A stretch of DNA of 55,779 nt, filler included, from Porpidia crustulata (GCA_964255105.1; 5 parts of 5 records of this genome joined end to end with filler, not necessarily neighbours in it), one strand, 5' to 3'. Positions 24,546-37,757 are shown, counted from the whole stretch's first letter. Notes: a model not told the origin generated them from the sequence alone. Program-made: numbers and translations.

Positions 24546-25301
24546 ATGTCTGATCCATATAATCAGTATCCTCCCAATTACGCCTCTTCTCCCGCTCCCG
24601 GCTACCCACCGCAAGGGCAACATTATGACCAGTCCCAAGCCTACGGGCAGCCAGCCTACGGACAGCAGGGTTATCCTCCTCAAGCGCCTCAATATGGTGA
24701 CGTACCCGGTGGGTATGGACCTCCGCAACGAGTAAACTCCTATGGGCCACCTCAACATGGCGGATTCCAACACGGTCAGCAAGGCGGACAGTACGGAGCG
24801 TATGATGCGAGCAATCCACAAGGACAAGCGAGCTACTAGTGAGTCAGCTGTTGAAGTTTCCGCACCTACAACTGACGTATATCTAGCGGTGCACCGTTAC
24901 ACGAACAGTACAGCGCCTCTGCGAACCCAAATCAATTCCCATCGCAACCTGCACACGGCCAGCCATCATATTCGCAAGACCCCAACGCCCCTCCACAACG
25001 TCAGCAGCAAGGCTATCAAGACCCGAACATTCCCCCTCGTGATCCCAATGCCCCTTACGACCCAAATGGCCCCGAGGGTGAGCGTGGGCTCGGAGGAGCT
25101 ATCGCAGGCGGGCTGGCAGGTCGTTATGCCGGCAACAGAATGGGTAATCATGGCATCTTGGGCATGATCGGTGGAGCTATTGCGGGAAGTAAGCTGCAGG
25201 ATAGATTCAAGGAGAGTGGGAGCCAGGGTAGTCACGGCTCGCACCACGGAAGTAGCAGCGGTAGTAGCTGGGGTGGTAGCAACTGGGGTGGCAAATGGTA
25301 G
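24546..25301 (+). CDS. Gln/Gly/Tyr/Pro-rich low-complexity protein with C-terminal glycine-zipper (2TM-like) domain, 235 aa, 2 exons
   Basis: Intron 24839-24886 (GTGAGT...CTAG). Exon 2 reads ...PEGERGLGGAIAGGLAGRYAGNRMGNHGILGMIGGAIAGSKLQDRFKE...GSSWGGSNWGGKW, stop. Confidence 0.88.
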
Positions 25302-26031
25302 TTTTTGGTCATAAAAGGATCCGATTTTGGAGCGACAAAGGAGTTTTAGGAACGGATGATACGATCACGAAGAAAGGGTAAGGCATAATGTCGATATTGG
25401 TATTCCTTGAACTTCATATATGGCCAAGTACCACTGTCCGTCTTTTGTTCCAATCCGTGGCTTTCTTATCACCTGCGTTCCTCTTCACAGAATATACCTA
25501 TCATAACAAGTTAGGTAGTAAGGTGGGTAGGCGTGAAAGGTGGTAGGTAGGCCAGTACTCGCAACAGGCCACCTTACTTAGGGTTAGGGCTCAAAATAAT
25601 CTTTGGGCCCGTTGCTGGTACTGGGTACAAACGAATAGAGCTGTCACGCTGTCAAGACGATCAATGTGGAGGAAACCAAGAGGGAGGAACCGATGGTAAT
25701 TTCTCTCGCTGCAACATCGTGCCTTTTTACATGCACAACACTGTTCTATGAAAATGCAGTTTCAAGCAGACATCCATCTGATGGTGTAAGGTATCAATGT
25801 TTGTGTTACCGTACTCTTGATACGTCCTTCACATGCGACATTCCATCACATAGACACTGACAATGCATGTCAACCCATCTCAGCTTCTCCTTCTCCTTCA
25901 CCTTCACAGTTGCCTCCCTCAATTATTTGTCTTCCAATGCTTGAAGTTGTCAACTATTTTTTCTCATAAGGTCCCCATCTGCTTCTAAGTTAGCCGGCGA
26001 TATCTTTCCTGTCTTCAACAGTTTCAGCAGG

Positions 26032-29000
26032 ATGGAAGTATTTGTAAGAAACCTCCCGAGTTCTATCACAGAAAACCAAGTCAAGCGTTACTTCAAACCT
26101 ATCCTGATCAAGCTTGACATTCACATTTTCCATTGCCATATTATCAAAGGCCGAGGTCTCGCTACTTTGACGATTCTAGACGTTAATAAGGGTCAAAAAT
26201 TCCTACTACTTCATGGACAAAGCAATCCTGGCAAAGTGGGGTTCGAGAAAGTTCAGCGGAAGCTGTTTTACATGAAGAAACCTGTTAATTGTATGGGAAA
26301 TGACAGAGTGCCTGATCGCTTCCTTCTACAGAGCATGCAGAAAGAGGAATATGAGAAGCTTCACGCAAGTAAGAATCAGAAAGCGAGGCAGACTGAAAGT
26401 CGAGGCCTGAAGCGAGACTTCGCCATCTTCGAGATCTTCTGCGGGCGATGGGACTACATAGAGCGCCGACTTGTCTTCTTTTCACACTTTCAACAGCGGA
26501 GAACAGGACGGCTGGACTTCGGCCGACGTGCCCTTACCGCTCATCTAAACCAAAGCCCTCATATCTTAGCTCATCAACTGGAAATACCTTACAAAAGTAT
26601 TGAGTCCATGGCAGTTGGCAATCAGGGGAATGCAACCGTGACTTTCTCGCTCGCGGAAGCACCGAAGATCTTCGAGGAAGTTTCAGATACAGACGAACTC
26701 GTGGCCCTACTCAATGGAATGAAAAAGCTTCAATTTCAGAACAAACATTCCAGCGTTGAGCGAAAGAGAATAATGGCCATTGATAAGTCACATGAAATTG
26801 TAGTCTCTAGCTGTCTCTGCTATCGCTTCGTCCTACAGCAAGCGTCGGAAATACAACGGTTTCAAGCTCTAAAAAGGATATTTGAGATGCCTCAGAGTAT
26901 TCCATGTGACTCTACTGTTTTTACAGAGCTTAAATTCCCGGCTCAAATGACCCATCTGAATACTGCATTGGGAGGTCCACGGTACAACAACATCCCTTTC
27001 GAGGTGAAGTTTCAACTTCAAATGCTCGTACAGAATGGATATCTTCCTCCACCAAAGGTTCGACAACTCATAAAAGTGATTGCGCACTATTCACCAGATG
27101 TCACCAAGCCTGTGATGATTTCCGCAATACAAAGACTTGGCAACCAAATTCCCTTCGCAGGGCCTAACGTTGAGTCGTCTGATTTGAGTCTTGAGACCTT
27201 GTCTGAAACATTTCGGGGAAATATCAAGGCTATCATCAGAGAGCGAGCTTATTCAAGCGATGTCACGGAAATCTATAACCACATAGCGGACATCCACAAA
27301 GCTATGGTGACGCCAGCCGGGATTTATCTATCGGGGCCTGAGCCAGAGGTTAAGAATCGTGTGTTGCGGAAGTACGCTGCATTTTCAAATTATTTTCTTC
27401 AAGTGTCTTTTCTTGACGAAGACGGCGAACGGATATGGTATGAGCGCGGGAGTTCCAACGAGGATATTTATCACGTACGATTCAAGAAGGTCCTCGAAGG
27501 AATTATCAACATCGCAGGCCGTGGATACGAATTTCTCGGCTTCTCTCATTCTTCATTGAGATCTCAAGCATGCTGGTTCATGGCACCGTTTGTTTTGAAT
27601 GGAGTTTTGACTCATGCTAGAGCGGTAGTGGGAGACCTAGGCGACTTCAGTTCAATCCGCTCCCCGGCCAAATGTGCCGCGCGAATTGGACAGGCCTTTT
27701 CACAAACCTTCAGCTCTATAAGTCTACCTCAACATGCTTTCAAGAAAATGCCAGACATCGAAAGAAACGACCGCGTCTTTAGTGATGGGGTTGGTACCTG
27801 CTCTGCCATGGTGTTGGAGAAAATTTGGGATGCCTATGCCCAGTCGCGAACACTGAAGCCAACTCTCCTGCAGATCAGATTTGCCGGAGCGAAAGGGATG
27901 ATTTCCCTTGACAATAGACTCGAGGGAGAATCTCTGTGCCTGAGGCCGTCTATGATCAAGTTTGAGGGGTCTACTGCTACGGATATTGAAATATGTGGTG
28001 GGGGTTTCAAGCCGCTACCAATGTACCTCAATCGTCAGGTTATCAAGATACTCGAAGACTTGGGGGTTTCGGATGAGTCCTTTCTCAAGCTTCAAGATGA
28101 AGCAGTGGAGAGCCTTCGTATCACGACATCATCCCCTATCAACGCAGCTTACTTCTTGAAACGAAATCTGATTGGAAAAGCTGCTGGACTTTCCACTCTT
28201 ATTAGGAGATTGTACTACCTTGGGTGCGATTATAGCAACGACCATTTTCTTCGCAATGTGGTGGAGCTAGCTATCCTTATCCAACTTCGCGAAATTAAGC
28301 ACCGGTCACGTATAATAGTAGAAAAGGGAATGACGCTATACGGGATCATGGATGAAACCAATTTTCTGCAAGAAGGCCAAATTTACTGCTCTGCACAGCG
28401 CGCAGACGATACAGCACCGTTGATACTAACTGGTTCTGTCGTAATCACACGCTGTCCTGCTCTGCATCCAGGAGATGTAAGAGTCGTCAATGCAGTGGAC
28501 GCACCTCCCAATTCTCCTCTCAGAGCTCTCCATAATTGTGTGGTTTTCAGCAGCCAAGGGATGAGAGACCTACCTTCTCAGCTTAGCGGAGGCGACTTAG
28601 ATGGCGATCTCTATAATATAATCTATGATGACAGTCTTTATCCTGAAAAGGAGGTTGAACCTGCTGATTATCCAATAGCGAAACCAATTGACATAGGCCG
28701 TGAAGTCACACGATCAGATATGACGGACTTCTTCATTCAATTCATGGAGAACGATGCATTGGGTCGCATCTCGACACTACATCAAACACTGGCTGATCAA
28801 AAAGATGATGGGACGTTGGATCCTGATTGTATCCTTCTTGCAGAAATGGCTTCCACGGCCGTCGACTTTTCGAAGACTGGTATACCTGTAAGTCAACCTA
28901 GGTCAGACCGACGTCATCTTGCTCACTTTAATCCTGCAGGTGGATCTTTCCTTGATGCCAAAGTATTCGAATGTCAAGCCCGACTTTCAAGCACCCGGTC

Positions 29001-29805
29001 CTCGTGTACTGATTGAGAAAGAGATAAAAATGGAAGATATGGAGCAAGATGACGCGGATGATGATTTCGACGAGTCGCCATTTGATACGCCCAAGATTCG
29101 CTACTACGAGAGCAAGAAGATACTCGGAAAACTGTACCGGGCGATTGACGAGCACAAGTTTTTCAAGGAGATTCAGCGACAGTCTGGGTCTATCGATGGA
29201 CCACGCAATCAAACACAAAGTCTTATTAATAAAGTCTGGCAATACGTACAAGAGGCTACCGTACTGATAGAATGGAAACACTACAATGAATTCGCGAGGA
29301 ACGTCAGGGATGCGTCAGTCCTCACCTCTGGCTTCTCAATCTTCATCACTGGTAACATTGCTGACTTATCCGTCACAGTTATGAGGAAAATCTCACTGAC
29401 ACCATGCTCTCCTACTCCACCCACCCACCCTATTATATCTCCGAAGTCGAAGTCTTCGCTGGCGCCATCCTCGGCAAGAACGGCGCCCAATCGAAGCGTC
29501 AGCGCGAATTCTCCATGAGCATGAAGGATAAGCATGAGCGAGATGTCGCATACACAATGGCTTGTATTCGACAAGGCGACTGCGACGATGACGACGACGG
29601 AGGCATCAGCCTTGGCGGAAGCGTCGTCGGTGGGGGTGGGGAAAGCGGTGGCAGCCAAGACGCGTTAGAGCGGAGTATCGCGTGTCTGGCTGTCGCGGTC
29701 AATACGACGAGGGTGCGGAAGAAGGTCGGGGCGCTGGTTAGTTTTGCGTGGGTGGCGGCGGGTGTTTGTCTGAGGGAAGTGGAAAGGTTTCAGGGGAGGT
29801 GTTGA
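26032..29805 (+). CDS. Cellular (RNAi) RNA-dependent RNA polymerase, DLDGD type, 3 exons
   Basis: RRM-like N-terminus MEVFVRNLP; NRVLRKY; FLGFSHSSLR; PAKCAARIGQAFS; FSDGVG; QIRFAGAKGM; RCPALHPGD; catalytic LSGGDLDGD; AVDFSKTG. Introns 28888-28939 and 29314-29378. Confidence 0.96.
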
Positions 29806-30501
29806 ATTTTGGGAATGAGCGAGGCGCCCTGAGGCGCTGATCCGGAAGGATCAATCTGGGCTGAGGGTGCTTTTAGTATAGTGTCATGGGGCTGGCGAGG
29901 AGATGGGATGAGATGATGGAAATGATTGTATGACTCTACACTACGCGGTCAACGGCTTCGCAGGCTTACTCGGAAGCTTTGTTCAAACAGTACTTCTCGG
30001 ATCTATAGAATAGAAAGGAGTTCCCATCCAACTGTATGAAGCATCACGCACGAAAAAGGCCTCAATCTTACTATTGCCCATCACGATCGCGACTTGAGAT
30101 GGAAAACTCAGGTACGGCGGAGTTGGAGGGGCTCCGCGCAGGGCTAGTCCAGAACGATGACGTGCCAAGACTTCCAATTCCGCTCCCCTCTCTCTCTAGA
30201 GTAACCCTTATTCGCCTAGTGTGAAAGCAATCTGCTTACTCCGCTTCCCTCTCGTCCTGCTCTCAAATATGCGTAAGTTGGATAGGTGGTTAATTCCTCT
30301 CGCGCATGCCTTCAGCCTACAACTATGTGACAGTTGGGACATTTTATATTGACGCTCAAAGGAGACAAATCTGACGACCATTTTGACATAATTAATTACC
30401 GTTGCGAATATCAACTATCCCTTAATTATCTCCAAAAGACCTTGTTCGCTCGATCCACCCTGCACCCTGCTTGTTGAATCGAGACCGTTCCTGTCTGTAT
30501 C

Positions 30502-31600
30502 ATGGGAGGCATCGTTGACTTTAGCAAGTCCCTCGATTTGTCAAAGCTGAAGGACAAGAGCGTCCTGGTAACAGGAGGCGCGTCAGGTATTGGCGCTGGT
30601 GTAGTCGCCAAGTTTGCTGAGAACGGGTAAGATGGTAGAACGCAATGTATTGCAGGAGATCCGACTAAGGGCTCGGGGCAATACAGTGCCCATGTCACAA
30701 TTGCCGACATCAATGAAAATAATGGCAGAGCATACGCCGAAGAACTTACGTCCAAGGGTCATAGGTTTGTATTTTCTTATACCTTAAAACTTATAAGACG
30801 GGCCCTCGTTGTTTCCGAGTCTAACCAAAGAAAGTGTGACCTTCGCCCATACGGACGTGGTATCCTGGACTTCCCAAGTCGCTGCATTCAAATCCGCACT
30901 GGCCCATTCTCCAAAAAAGCGACTCGACATCGTTGTGGTAGCTGCAGGCCTTCTGGGTTCGCCTTTCATACCTCCAACCAATGAGGCACCATCTCTCAAC
31001 AAAGATCCGCAGGAGCCTCTAATCGTAGACCGTGTGATGGATGTGAATTTCCTTGGTGTCTACTTCACTTGTAGACTTGCTGAGCACTATTTCTCGCTTC
31101 AATCTTCACCTCCAGCGGGATCTAGCGATCTTGTCTCTTTGATTGTCTTCGGGTCGCTGGCGAGTTACACCGATTTTCCTCCGGTGCCAGATTACTTGAT
31201 GACGAAAGCCGCGGTCAGAGGCCTTTTCAGATCTATCCGATCGATGATGGCTGCCAAGGGCTGTAGAATGAACCTCATTGCGCCAGATATCATGGATACG
31301 CCCATGGCCAAAGATTTTATTAGCATGTTCCTGTCCCATGGATTCGCCGTCGGGGATCCAAAGAGTGCAGTGGATGCTGTTACTAGGTGTGCAGTGGACG
31401 ATCAAATCTCTGGTGAACCAGGTGCCCACTCGTTCCTCTCGATTCACTAACTTTGGTCCCTAGGTCGTTCGATTGGGGTTGGCGTCGAGGAAAGTTTTGA
31501 TCTGAGAGACGATGCTGAAGGTCAGAATGGTTGGATAGCTATCCAGAAGTGCTTGAATAACGGAGGTCAGAAGGTTATTGATACTTTAGCGCCAGGATAG
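30502..31600 (+). CDS. Classical short-chain dehydrogenase/reductase, 4 exons
   Basis: VLVTGGASGIG (TGxxxGxG), VTIADIN, DVNFLG, GSLAS and catalytic YLMTK (YxxxK). Introns 30627-30686, 30765-30834 and 31413-31463. TAG ends at 31600. Confidence 0.9.
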
Positions 31601-31719
31601 CATGATGTCTATATTCGAATTGAATTCTTCGGCTAAGTCCACTGGCTTGACGGACAAGAAACCAGGGAAGGGACTTGGCCTCTAAGTATTGAGCATTCGA
31701 CTTCTTATGCAATCAAGTG

Positions 31720-32547
31720 TTAATGTCCGCCGAATGTGAAATTCTTTGTCCTGCTGATTGTATTCATGACAAGGACACTCCACCAGCCCACATTTGCAGC
31801 CCAAAGAGAACCCGTACCAATCTTACAAGGCACACGAAGTCCATACTTGAACGTCTCCCAAGCGGTCCATCCATGATGAGTTCCATAGACAGCAAGAATC
31901 TTCGACACCAGCCAGATTCTGGCAAGGAAGAAGCCTGCCAGAAAGGCGGCATCAGCAGCGAGGATGGATTTTCTCATCTGGGGCGTGAAATTTCGCAGGT
32001 ACCAACGTACATTCAAAATCGGAGTGGATGAATTCATCAATAGAAACATGACAATGACATAGATGCCCGCTTCGCGGCCACGAGCGATGTAGTAGTGCAG
32101 AACAAGAAGCGCACCGCCTATGCCAACGTGATGGGTCATGAGTGTCTTGTCCAGTCTTTTGGCACCTCTATGTAGCCACATTTCAAGCAGCAAAACAAAT
32201 ATATCTTGCACAAGATAACCAGCTTCAATCGCCGTTATAGCATTCGCAAATTCAGACCTCGCGACAATCAGGGGATTCTGGCTATCATTTGGGTAGCCCC
32301 CATTACCCGCAATGGAACGTTTTGAAGGACCGGAAAGATTCGCTGTTGCCCCTGATGAGGTCCATGGTATTCGCTGAAGAGAGAACAGCGCGAGTGCGGT
32401 TAGGAGGGCGGAGTGAAAGGTTGAGATTGCTTTTATAGATTTCGAAAAGGCCCAAGGAGTAGGCTTGGGGCCTGATAGGAGCCGCAAGAGTAATGGATAG
32501 CCTAAGGCAGAGGAAAGGAGAAGTATCTGAGAGAGTCCCACACGCAT
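31720..32547 (-). CDS. TLC (TRAM/LAG1/CLN8) domain membrane protein
   Basis: Intronless 275 aa with multiple TM segments, ISTFHS, EAGYLVQD, MTHHVG, LLMNSSTPILNVRW and FFLARI. Confidence 0.85.
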   Translation of the reverse strand: MRVGLSQILLLSSALGYPLLLRLLSGPKPTPWAFSKSIKAISTFHSALLTALALFSLQRIPWTSSGATANLSGPSKRSIAGNGGYPNDSQNPLIVARSEFANAITAIEAGYLVQDIFVLLLEMWLHRGAKRLDKTLMTHHVGIGGALLVLHYYIARGREAGIYVIVMFLLMNSSTPILNVRWYLRNFTPQMRKSILAADAAFLAGFFLARIWLVSKILAVYGTHHGWTAWETFKYGLRVPCKIGTGSLWAANVGWWSVLVMNTISRTKNFTFGGH

Positions 32548-33178
32548 TGTACTGCTTGTGAGGAAGATTGAACTGTACCATCTTCATCCTCGAAGCAGAG
32601 AGTTTACCGTACGCAGCTACACTAGTCTGTCAGGTATTATCTCGTATTTGCAGGGATTCGCTCACGATCTCAACCGACTTTTCGCCTCGGGTCAAAATTT
32701 GTTGGTGCAGACACTGACCCCCCCTTCTACTTCTACATGAAAGTCTGAGCGTAGGAGATGGCTGTTGGGTAAGTAGCAGCGTATTGTTGAAACTCAGGAA
32801 GGGGCAGGTTCAGCGGTGTAAAGCCTTGCTTACAAGCTGTTGGTTGAGGGCGACGTGCGATGATGTAGGTACGTAAATGGATACGCCTGTCTCTGTGTAT
32901 GCAGATAGCCTAGCACTTCCCTCAGAAAATTGTTTTTTCATCTTCTAATGTTCAAAGATGTTTGATTACTTTGTCTGAAAATCCCTGAGCTTTGGTAGTA
33001 CATTTTTATCATTTCCACAGAAAAGGTAAAAGTCAGCCTCTGAAAGATTTCAGTCTCATATTTACATGAATCGAAGCTATTTCCGCGACTTTATATATCA
33101 AACATATCCAAGAAAGACTAGTGGTGTGACTACGATCCAAACAGAGGGACTTTGCAGAATCCACATCACCATCAATTC

Positions 33179-33445
33179 ATGGCCTCGCCACGTCTACCAA
33201 TCCTTCCCCATGGCTCGCCTTCAGCTCTCTCGGGGCTGTCGGAGACGTTCTCGTTCCACTCATCGCCCGAAGCTTTCATAACCTCACGGATCCTCGCGTT
33301 TCGTGGATCTAATCCCGATCTGGCTGACTCTCGGACCCCTATTCGAGCCAAGGTGTTGAATCGGAACGTCGCCGTAATTTCGTCGTATGAGCAAGTCAAG
33401 CAGATATTGTGTAGGCCTGAGCATGGTGAGAGCTTTGGTGCTGCT
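33179..33445 (+). CDS. 5' fragment of a probable cytochrome P450-like gene, truncated by the contig end
   Basis: ATG at 33179. ETFSFHSSPEAFITSRI...PIRAKVLNRNVAVISSYEQVKQIL resembles the P450 N-terminal 'ET..F...P..F...R...G.VF...L....V.V' segment. The heme motif lies outside the window. Confidence 0.55.
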
Positions 33446-33545
33446 NNNNNNNNNNNNNNNNNNNNNNNNNNNNNNNNNNNNNNNNNNNNTTAATTAATTA
33501 ANNNNNNNNNNNNNNNNNNNNNNNNNNNNNNNNNNNNNNNNNNNN
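33446..33545. other. Artificial contig-join spacer
   Basis: N44-TTAATTAATTAA-N44. Unrelated truncated genes lie on either side. Confidence 0.98.
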
Positions 33546-34670
33546 GTAGCGTTTGCCGCAATGTTGAACAACGTATCCGAATGGCTCCACGGGATTTCGA
33601 AATCGTTCCTCGCGTGGAGCAAATGCAAATTCACGGTTTCGCTGCGCCGGACCCAGTTCCGCAGGCGTCGGGACGTGTTCCAGGTATCCCGGATATGGCT
33701 TTGGAAGAATCGTTGGAGGATCGGATACGGGCGCAAGGGCTTGAGGATGGGGATGACGCCGCCGATCGCGTACGTGAGCAACAAGGTCGGGAGATCGCTG
33801 AAAGCGGCCACGAGCACCAGGCCGGCGAACTCGATGCTTTTCTCCACGGCGAAATGTTCAGCCACGGCGACGGAGACAGCGGTGCCGAGGCTTTGGCCGA
33901 CGATGAGGATGCGTTCCGGAGGGATTTTGGCGGTTTCGAGAGCCCAGGTGACGAGCGCGATGCCGTCGCTGATGAGTCCGACTTCGGTGGGGGTGCCGGT
34001 GGATCGTCCGAAGCCACGGTAGTCGACTGTTAGGATGTGGATTCGGGGGTCGCCCTGGGCGAGGGCGCGGTAGGTGTCGGGACGCCAGCCTTGGGAGACG
34101 GTGCCGAAGTTACCGTGGACTATATAGGGTTCCAGGGGGTCAGTCGTTGGATAGTAAGGCCGGCTGGCAGCGTGAGGGAAGGGTGGACAAACAGTTAATT
34201 ACCAGGCGGGCTCCTGGGTCTCGTGACAGGAAGTCGAAGGCGAGGGTTTGGATCATGGAGGGGGTAACACCGGGTGATTGGTCGAGAAGGAGTTTTTCGT
34301 TTTTAGCGTAAAGCGCGAGTGGAAGGATATGCCATGCATAGAGGGTTTCTCCATCTGAAGTTTCAAGATTGAAGGGCTGCACTTGATTTTCTGCAAGACC
34401 GCAATTAGGAATAATTCGAGAGAGTGCAAAGAAGAGAAGTGCACTTAGGAACCCAAACTGCTCAGGCTTGTCTGGACTTGACCACCGGATGTTATGTGCA
34501 TAAAGCGCCCTACACGCGTTCATTCAAGAGTTCTTACTTCGACTGACGATAGATTTCGCTTACTGCCTTTGAATCCAACCATTCAACAAGAGCGAAATCA
34601 CACCAACGTACAGGACACCGGCAAATGCAAGCGACCAATAGGCTCTTTTCAGAATTGGGGGGAAAGCCAT
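33546..34670 (-). CDS. ABHD12/13-like alpha/beta hydrolase with N-terminal anchor; 3' end truncated
   Basis: MAFPPILKRAYWSLAFAGVLYVGVISLLLNGWIQR; TSDGETLYAWHILP; HGNFGT; DYRGFGRSTGTPTEVGLISDG; nucleophile motif GQSLG; LLHARNDFEIP. Introns are GT-AG. Confidence 0.9.
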
Positions 34671-35385
34671 CGAGGAGTCTATGCAATGGCGATCAGACTC
34701 GGACAGAATTTCGGAGTCACTATTGAGCTTACAGGGGGATGCGGATGATGTTACAGATTAACGTCTTACATGGCTGATGGTTTTTACGAAAGCTAACAGA
34801 AACAGCCAAAGCACAAAGTTGGATAGTATTGCGCCAGTTTGACAGATTGACGCCCATCCCTGGTCGTTTATCTCGGAATCTCAGAACCGCGCGTGTAAAG
34901 GTTTTACCCGATGGATGCGCAATATAGCAGGGGATCCCAAGTTTGATACTGCCCTGTAGGTTATGGATGGGAAGCAATGCAAAGGATTTATCCATGATAC
35001 GTTTCAAAAGCTTCTTCTGGGGAAAGAATGAAAGATCCAGGGGTGGAACCAATATGAATTTGCAGTCGCTGTCGAAAGGGGATCTTGATCCTGGTCGTTA
35101 CTACTAGTACTACTTCGTAACGCAGCAAGCAAGAACAGTGTACAGGCTCATGTCATTATCATGGCGGAATGTCTAAGGCTGTATTTTCAAGGAGAGGTAC
35201 CGTCGGAACAACGACAGTATAGAAGCTTCGACTGCAGTCAGGTTGCGTGCTTCTCGAGTGTGATAGGCTAATTGGTTATATTTGCCCTCCCTTTGAAACT
35301 TCCCATGGCCTCAGATGATGTCTGAGACCAAAGCTCAACCACATCCCTCAAAAGCAAAACTCGGATCGGTCTTAAGGCTTTGAAT

Positions 35386-37119
35386 TCACAGCATAACCAC
35401 CCCAACCCCTCCGCGCTTCGAAGCGTCAACATTGTTCTTCGCGTCAACACCTCCTGCGATCGGCTGCGCTCTATAATTGTAGAGATAGAAATTCAGCTGG
35501 CCGTCGCCGGCACCGAATTTGAGCTGCTCGAGGAAGAATGGGTTATCGAGCATCGTCAGTGCGTTGAAAACGTCGAAGTTGAACTATAGGCATGATATAT
35601 CAGCGGCTCATAAATCCTAGTGTTACTTAATACGAGATGGAAGATTTACCCTTTTAGCTAAAATCAACGCGTCCATCATCAGTATAGTCAACCTCTCCTT
35701 GAGCCCTTCTTCTTCCTTTGCAAAAGCCGTTTCAGTAGCATAATAGAAGAGGTACGCTGCTCGCACGTTCTCGTGTTTCTGGTTACCAATCACCGACGAC
35801 TCAAGGCAGTAAAAGGAGAAGAAGTCCGTGATCTTATGGCTGCTGGGGTCTTCCACGACGTACGTCCACACGACTTGCTCTATCGATGCCTTTTCGTCGT
35901 GAACTAGCCAATGCCCAATCTCCTCCTGGTCGTACTCGGGCGCCATATCGAAACGTTCAAGGTATCGCGAGAGGAGATCCTTCACGGCGTCGATGTCTTT
36001 GCGCTGCATCGGCCTCAGTCCGGGTGTACTTGTTTGGGCTGGAAGTCCATATTTGGTAATTTGTCTTGATTTTGTCGAGTTGGACGGAAGCTGCGTGAAT
36101 CCAACTTCATACAGCTTCAGCCAGTCTAGACTCCGATGGAAATACCTGCACGAGCTTATTGGTGTTGGGAGTACGATGCCTGCCGTGTAGATCGCTTGGA
36201 AAATACCTTCGATGAACGAGCGCCGGGTGATCTCTTGGATCAATAAAGGGGTGAGACGCTTCGAACGAAGCTTTTTATGGACGCAGAGGAAGTTGACTTC
36301 TGTACTTTTGAGGGTTTTGGCGTGAACGCGGAGGGTCATTGGGACACCGGAGATGAAGGCAACGAGCTTGCGGGACTTGGTGGCTCGGACGCCGACGTGC
36401 CATTCTTTGCGCCAGCCAGGGGATTTCAGTGCCCAATTTAGGAAGGATATGGAGTAGTTAAATCGAAACATTGCTTCATCGTCTTCTACATAGTGCCCAC
36501 AGAGAAGCTGGTAGACTTCCTCGAGCTCCTTCTCGTCCGTCAGGTCCATAGTGACCCATTCGAACCCTTCAAGCAAGTCGCGAGGCTCTTTGGAGATACG
36601 CTCGGGATCTATTATTTTGATTGGACCTTGTTCCACTTGTTTGGAATCGTCAAATTTAGTAACAGGTTGAGTCTGCCAAAACTTATATGAAGCCATATCC
36701 TTTTGGTTCTTGCCACTAATAGACATTCCAGTAAGTAAGTCTGCAACATCGAGTCTCTTTAGCATCTCCGCCGCTTTCTTCTTATCCATACCTGCCACCT
36801 CGCCTTTCAAGGAGGGATTCATATCGAGCAATTGCTCCACCATGGTAGGCGTCAGCTTGCTTGCAGAATTCGAAGAGTCACCTGACCCCTCTGTCCCTCC
36901 ATTCTGACTGTCACCAGCCCCAATAAATTTCCTGAGCTTGGCTTTCTTCGATTTCTTCTTCTTCGTTGCCAAGCCTGCGGCTACCTCATCAGCATTCATG
37001 CTTCCCACATCATCTTCTACATCATCATTTTCATCGTTACTGGCCTCTGCCAGATTGGATACATCTTTTAAAGCGTCCTTGTTAGCTTGAATGTCGACTT
37101 CTTTGGATGCTTCTGCCAT
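35386..37119 (-). CDS. NMT1: Glycylpeptide N-tetradecanoyltransferase (N-myristoyltransferase), 2 exons
   Basis: [40 protein letters not shown]. After intron 35584-35649: [10 protein letters not shown]...[16 protein letters not shown]...GGVGVVML, stop. Confidence 0.98.
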
Positions 37120-37757
37120 GGCTGCCTTGAGTTCAATGTTGGTGATACCTTCAAGTTCTGCAGGGTCTTACGAGCGATCAAGCCTCTTTAAAGATCATTC
37201 AGAAGCCTTGTAAATCTCAGATGCTTTTCTGCATACTTCAATAAAGAATAATCGAGTCGCATACAAAGCAACAATATCTTAGCACTTTGCGATCCGCAAA
37301 CAGCAGAATCTCATATATTGCATGGTTGTACTAGTGTATCATTCCAACTGCAAGGATGCTGATGAAGGTGAAATTTCGAAATTTAAGTAATTAATGGATT
37401 GCTCCATCTTGAGTATCGATTCCGGGGCCTTCCCGCTCTTGAAGACTTTCCCAGAGGAGCCTAGCGCCAATGGTCGAGGTCCTATACAGTAGACGGGGTA
37501 ATTGTTAGTACCAACACTCGCTAGCATTAGTGACCACGATCCTCTTACTTTGAACAGCTAGCTGATTACCTCTTGTAGACGCTCTAGATCTTATTTCGGT
37601 TAGAGACTGTCTAGAATCTTCTTCCGTATAGGTTATGTACTATCAATTAAATACCCCGTCTACTGTGTACAGGGATCGTTAAGCGTATGATGGTAGGGCT
37701 GAAAAAGTGAAAGTATTGCGAGGTAAGAAACGCAGAATTGCCCGTCCAGCCTGGGTC

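Noticed and set aside
25578..25589. Telomere-like TTAGGGTTAGGG upstream of the RdRP
   Set aside because: Only two units. It could be a telobox-factor site, but the sequence alone cannot support that.
26032..29805. RdRP as an endogenised mycovirus gene
   Set aside because: It has spliceosomal introns and the cellular DxDGD motif, not the viral GDD palm motifs.
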